36,953 nucleotides of DNA from the IMG/VR virus record IMGVR_UViG_3300029891_000007, positions 1-36,953 of that record. One strand, written 5' to 3'. The stretch is from a virus (taxonomy: Duplodnaviria; Caudoviricetes). The position numbers and the translations under genes were made by a program. The notes below the pieces were generated by a model. The model was not told the DNA's origin. It did not search any database and worked only from the letters and a program-made list of their open reading frames with translations. This document shows, piece by piece, positions 34,601 to 36,953 of the stretch. Position 1 is the stretch's first letter, and each line of letters starts with the position of its first letter.

Positions 34601-35641
34601 AGCAGCACGACTTTCGAAACTCGTTGGAATGGCACCGCATACTCTTATGGTGGAAACGGAACGGGTCTGCAGACTTGGACTGTTGACCCGCTCAGTGATA
34701 CTGCTGTGATCAACAAATACACGAACGAAGTTGATCGTGGAAACAACTCGGACTCGTCCAACTTGTCTGCTCCGAATACGACCAAATGGCGTCTCGGTGC
34801 GAACATGGCTGGTGCTGAGAGCTTCGATGGCAAGTTCTATGAAGCGATCATCTGTAGCGGTTCTCCCGATCCTCGTGCGAAAGCTCTCTGGGGCACCGAG
34901 CAGCGTCGTGCATACTCCGATGCCCAAGCGGACTTCGATCCTACCTTCGCGACCTATGTCAAGGGTCTCTTTGGGTGGAATGGCGCTAACGGTGCCACGT
35001 CTTACACTGAAGAAAGCCCAAGCGCGGCAGTTGCGACCTTCACGTCTCCGGCTGCTCTCACGACTGCCACCAAGAAGTTCGGGTCGGCTGCTCTGAACCT
35101 GACTGGTGCGAATACTGCGAAGGTTGATTTCCCTGACAATGCGAACTTCGAGTTCGGTGCCTATGACAAGACCATCCGCTTCTGGTATAAGCGGAACGGT
35201 GCTGGCGGTGCGAATGGACAAATGCTTCTCAGCAAGTGGCTCACCACTGGAAACCAGAGAAGCTGGGCGTTCGTTCTCAACTCCACTGGCAGCGGCAACG
35301 ATCTGACGTTCCAATATTCGACCAACGGCACGGCTGTCACCTACAAGGGCGTCGAAGTCCCCAACGATGCTCATAACGATACAAGCTGGCACGAGGTCGC
35401 TCTCTGCTTGAAGAACTCCACGAATACCTATACTCTCATGTTCGATGGTATTCCGCTTCTGAACTGGACTGACAGCGGACGACCCTTCAATGGGACCGCG
35501 AAACTCACGTTCGGCAACTATGATGGAGGCGGAACCGCCGACTGGTTCAACGGTATCATGGACGAAGCTCGCATCACTGATTACCTGTCCCTGACTGGTG
35601 CCCAGTATATCCCGCGTCGCCAAGAGTTCCCGAGGTCTTAA
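31622..35641 (+). CDS. Central tail fibre/tip protein with C-terminal lectin-like receptor-binding domains
   Basis: P.A.E..PIP.V.G, VGYKYYLG, VPAY.G, DMNPA..IY and V.RG.FG motifs; C-terminal ConA/LamG-like domains (..FNG.MDE.RIT). Confidence 0.85.
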   Translation: MIWFTLALFLVSFVITALLAPKPEFENARADELDPNNFPMASEDSPIPLVLGRVRLNAPNTLWYGDFESKAITEKVKTGLFSSKKVTVGYKYYLGLDMGLALGPGVVLREVYIDETLVWSGDTTGGTETVINISDSELFGGYKSGGGWGSTGKFYSGAFTQNVDTYVEGQVGSGNVPAYNGMAHMVFEHAYIGESASLRKMAFVLECYTNSLDLPDSGTINDGVDMNPAEAIYQIMVDTWRGLGIAVSDIDLVALQTVGQVLWEEQNGVSILVTSESDGARLISEILRQIDGIMYQDPDSGKVTISLIRDDYDVDLIPEFDENDIAIVRSFTRTSWDEVQSQVKVSFPQRDSESEAVAISQDMAVVATLGKLRTTTLSFPFCYDPDTANEIASRERAQRSVPLFRATIEVNRNANTLRPGSPFKFSWADYGIVDLVMRVQRFDLGELTKGKIVIEALQDKFALSDVVFSSPQSSGWTPVSLTPSDVITARLVQMPRFFTNKLETPITYERVGLLGVAAKPSGVSTTYSINVQLPGETLDETSDDPKDVIYQGSGLLSVAYSKSAGFVTGKDTTIGMSLGSVVGTFESAVTSDVINGYENIILVNNEFMAFETAVDGGSGNWTLTNVYRGLFGSPIEDHSIGARVYSVPTAAFNSGAIDIFPDGQTYNHRFLDGAGSVRQSPDQVTPIAYVGAATYHNNKPLRPGNLKLGGVRQYDPIITAAVATALTWAPRDHRVLPIPTEVDAAQTPPNAESYKIDVYVGGVKNTTLSGTVAAGVTTYNIPFNLTTINNTDVEIRVTATDTVLAQDSPYYSIYPIDLSQFFLRGSLDYFDTWDASPIGDFVSVYSLVRRISTYNGPAIRIRDTNDNSEQDVYFNTQGNLNSYTVVGEARVVTWYDQGPAGLNLTQATAGLQPRLDFTGSPNGLRPAINFTGFGKYLDGPSFSNGAPNAHLFNRPLIFGCHSRNGTGLQYIWTIPHQIGALTSPYYRHGILQLSSTTFETRWNGTAYSYGGNGTGLQTWTVDPLSDTAVINKYTNEVDRGNNSDSSNLSAPNTTKWRLGANMAGAESFDGKFYEAIICSGSPDPRAKALWGTEQRRAYSDAQADFDPTFATYVKGLFGWNGANGATSYTEESPSAAVATFTSPAALTTATKKFGSAALNLTGANTAKVDFPDNANFEFGAYDKTIRFWYKRNGAGGANGQMLLSKWLTTGNQRSWAFVLNSTGSGNDLTFQYSTNGTAVTYKGVEVPNDAHNDTSWHEVALCLKNSTNTYTLMFDGIPLLNWTDSGRPFNGTAKLTFGNYDGGGTADWFNGIMDEARITDYLSLTGAQYIPRRQEFPRS

Positions 35642-35657
35642 TGCGTAAAGTTACGAC

Positions 35658-35799
35658 CTCTAGGGACGTCCAGGAGCGCCGGGGCAGGCTGGCGGGTGGT
35701 AGGGTAGCGGCCCACCCCCGCCCGGTGCCCTGTGGCCGCGCCTGTGGCCGCGCTGGGTGGGCTGTGGCCCATGCCCCCGGCACCAGCACGTCCATAGAG
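35658..35799. other. GC-rich, self-complementary intergenic element free of GA/TC
   Basis: CTCTA/TAGAG, GGACGT/ACGTCC and GCCGGGG/CCCCGGC nested pairings; CCTGTGGCCGCG twice. Confidence 0.55.
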
Positions 35800-35818
35800 C
35801 TCGCAAGGAGGTAGTCAC

Positions 35819-36160
35819 ATGCTACTTGGGGTTGTCTTTAGGCGCTATTTGCCTTATATCCTTATCGTGGTGCTGCTCGTGGGAGCAGAGTTCTATATCT
35901 GGTGGAATGGCTACAACCATGGAGTTGCTGTCACCACCCTGAAATATGAAACTGCAATCCAGAACGAACGCGAACGGCTAACCAAGGCGAATGAAGATGC
36001 CTTAGAGGAAGCTCGTAAACGTGAGGCAGAATTGAACCGGCTACTGCGTGAACGAAATGCTACCATTGCAGATCTTGAAGCTGGTGCAGATGCCGATCCG
36101 AACGCTGCTCGTCCCGCTGTCTCTGTTGACGGGGTGCGCAGACTCAATCGGGTCCGTTGA
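35819..36160 (+). CDS. Rz: Inner-membrane spanin (Rz-like)
   Basis: SD AAGGAGGT; N-terminal TM, coiled coil, C-terminal ..S.DGVRRLN; overlapped by a lipoprotein gene. Confidence 0.8.
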   Translation: MLLGVVFRRYLPYILIVVLLVGAEFYIWWNGYNHGVAVTTLKYETAIQNERERLTKANEDALEEARKREAELNRLLRERNATIADLEAGADADPNAARPAVSVDGVRRLNRVR

Positions 36161-36362
36161 GCCGCCCAAGCTGGCTCCTGCACCTGTATCGCTCACGGAG
36201 CCATGCGCCCGTCCTGTTCTGTTGCCTGATAGGGAACTCTCCCAATCTGAGGTTGAGCGTTTCTGGCTTCGTGATCGTGGTAGCTTGATCACATGCGCCG
36301 AGAGACAGCAGGCACTGAAAGACTTCTACGCCTCGCGCGATAAGAAAATCACGGGAGGTTGA
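36090..36362 (+). CDS. Rz1: Outer-membrane spanin lipoprotein (Rz1-like)
   Basis: Lipobox LTG-C, Pro-rich linker, PC.RP...W..DR..L..C; starts inside Rz in the +1 frame. Confidence 0.8.
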   Translation: MPIRTLLVPLSLLTGCADSIGSVEPPKLAPAPVSLTEPCARPVLLPDRELSQSEVERFWLRDRGSLITCAERQQALKDFYASRDKKITGG

Positions 36363-36363
36363 C

Positions 36364-36588
36364 ATGGAAGCATTTCTCGATTCCATCGGAAGCGTTCTGG
36401 CGGGCTACGGTGTCCTCGGTGTCTGGGCGCTATACCTTATCTATCAAAACAATCAAAAAGACAAGATCATCGAGTCTCGTGATGTCAGGATCAACGAGCT
36501 GATAGATCGTGCATCGGACCGTGAAATCGAGACTACCAAAATCCTGACTGAGCTCACCATCTTGGTCAGGGCTCTTGGAGGTAAGTAA
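36364..36588 (+). CDS. Holin-like membrane protein
   Basis: SD GGGAGG; single TM (YGVLGVWALYLIY) plus charged coil; lysis context. Confidence 0.55.
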   Translation: MEAFLDSIGSVLAGYGVLGVWALYLIYQNNQKDKIIESRDVRINELIDRASDREIETTKILTELTILVRALGGK

Positions 36589-36589
36589 G

Positions 36590-36775
36590 ATGCAGATTTT
36601 CGGTCTCACCTCAAAAGCAGTCACAGCTACCAGAAAAGTGGCAGATGAGAAATTCGATCAAGCCTCGAGGCATCTGGATCGTCTGGCCGCACAACGAGAG
36701 GCAATCCGTGAGCAGCTATCGCTCGCACTGAAACAAGTAATCGAGGACGGCAAGAGCGATGAACGTAATCACTGA
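36590..36775 (+). CDS. Small coiled-coil protein
   Basis: SD GGAGGT; ATG at 36590. Confidence 0.6.
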   Translation: MQIFGLTSKAVTATRKVADEKFDQASRHLDRLAAQREAIREQLSLALKQVIEDGKSDERNH

Positions 36776-36953
36776 CTGGCTTCACAAGGCCACCATCTGG
36801 GACTGGATGACCAACGTCACTGGTTTCATCGCCATCGGAATGCTGGCACTGCTCATCTTTGGGTTTCGTCGGTATGTCCGTCGTCCGCGTGAAGCATCCA
36901 TCGATTTCATCGGGACCGGCATCTGGATGATGGCGCTTTTCCAAATGATGCGA
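36759..36953 (+). CDS. Membrane protein, 3'-truncated by the window edge
   Basis: SD GAGGA; MNVITDWLHK...GFIAIGMLALLIFGFRRY...; open to the end. Confidence 0.6.
   Translation, partial: MNVITDWLHKATIWDWMTNVTGFIAIGMLALLIFGFRRYVRRPREASIDFIGTGIWMMALFQMMR

Noticed and set aside
11720-35623. Long - strand ORFs (528, 591, 415, 559, 915, 588 aa and others)
   Set aside because: Antisense shadows of codon-biased + strand genes; no motifs or SDs.
1-36953. Prophage, diversity-generating retroelement or intron/intein features
   Set aside because: No integrase, reverse transcriptase, template/variable repeat pair or splice motifs recognised; terL and the capsid gene are uninterrupted.

Overview
About 37 kb of a long-tailed dsDNA phage (siphovirus morphotype). 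The gene order and structural proteins resemble the YuA/phiJL001/RDJL-type group, and an alphaproteobacterial host is likely (inference). 1-7.7 kb holds short + strand accessory genes, including a Pol-beta-type nucleotidyltransferase, a DenV-like glycosylase, a DEDDh exonuclease, an HTH protein and acidic and membrane proteins. These are driven by a repeated phage-specific promoter/5'-hairpin motif. 7.7-8.9 kb has two - strand genes and an AT-rich, origin-like element bounded by a perfect 21-bp inverted repeat. TerS (8.9-9.6 kb) and TerL (11.7-13.2 kb) are separated by about 2.1 kb of repeats and a strongly promoted, GA/TC-poor cassette that may mark the genome end. From 13.3 kb the morphogenesis module runs: portal, scaffold, major capsid, neck, tail tube, chaperone with a -1 frameshift, tape measure, tail tip, then spanins and holin-like genes. 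Main novelties: (1) a ~205-nt structured ncRNA between scaffold and capsid genes, with its own promoter, two predicted loop-loop pseudoknots and a terminal CCUCCUCCC anti-Shine-Dalgarno hairpin; (2) a second promoter-bounded sRNA candidate at ~4.86-4.98 kb; (3) GA/TC-avoiding islands, suggestive of site-specific DNA modification; (4) several frameshift lesions in accessory genes. No integrase, CRISPR array, tRNA or endolysin was recognised. All calls were made by eye, without database searches.
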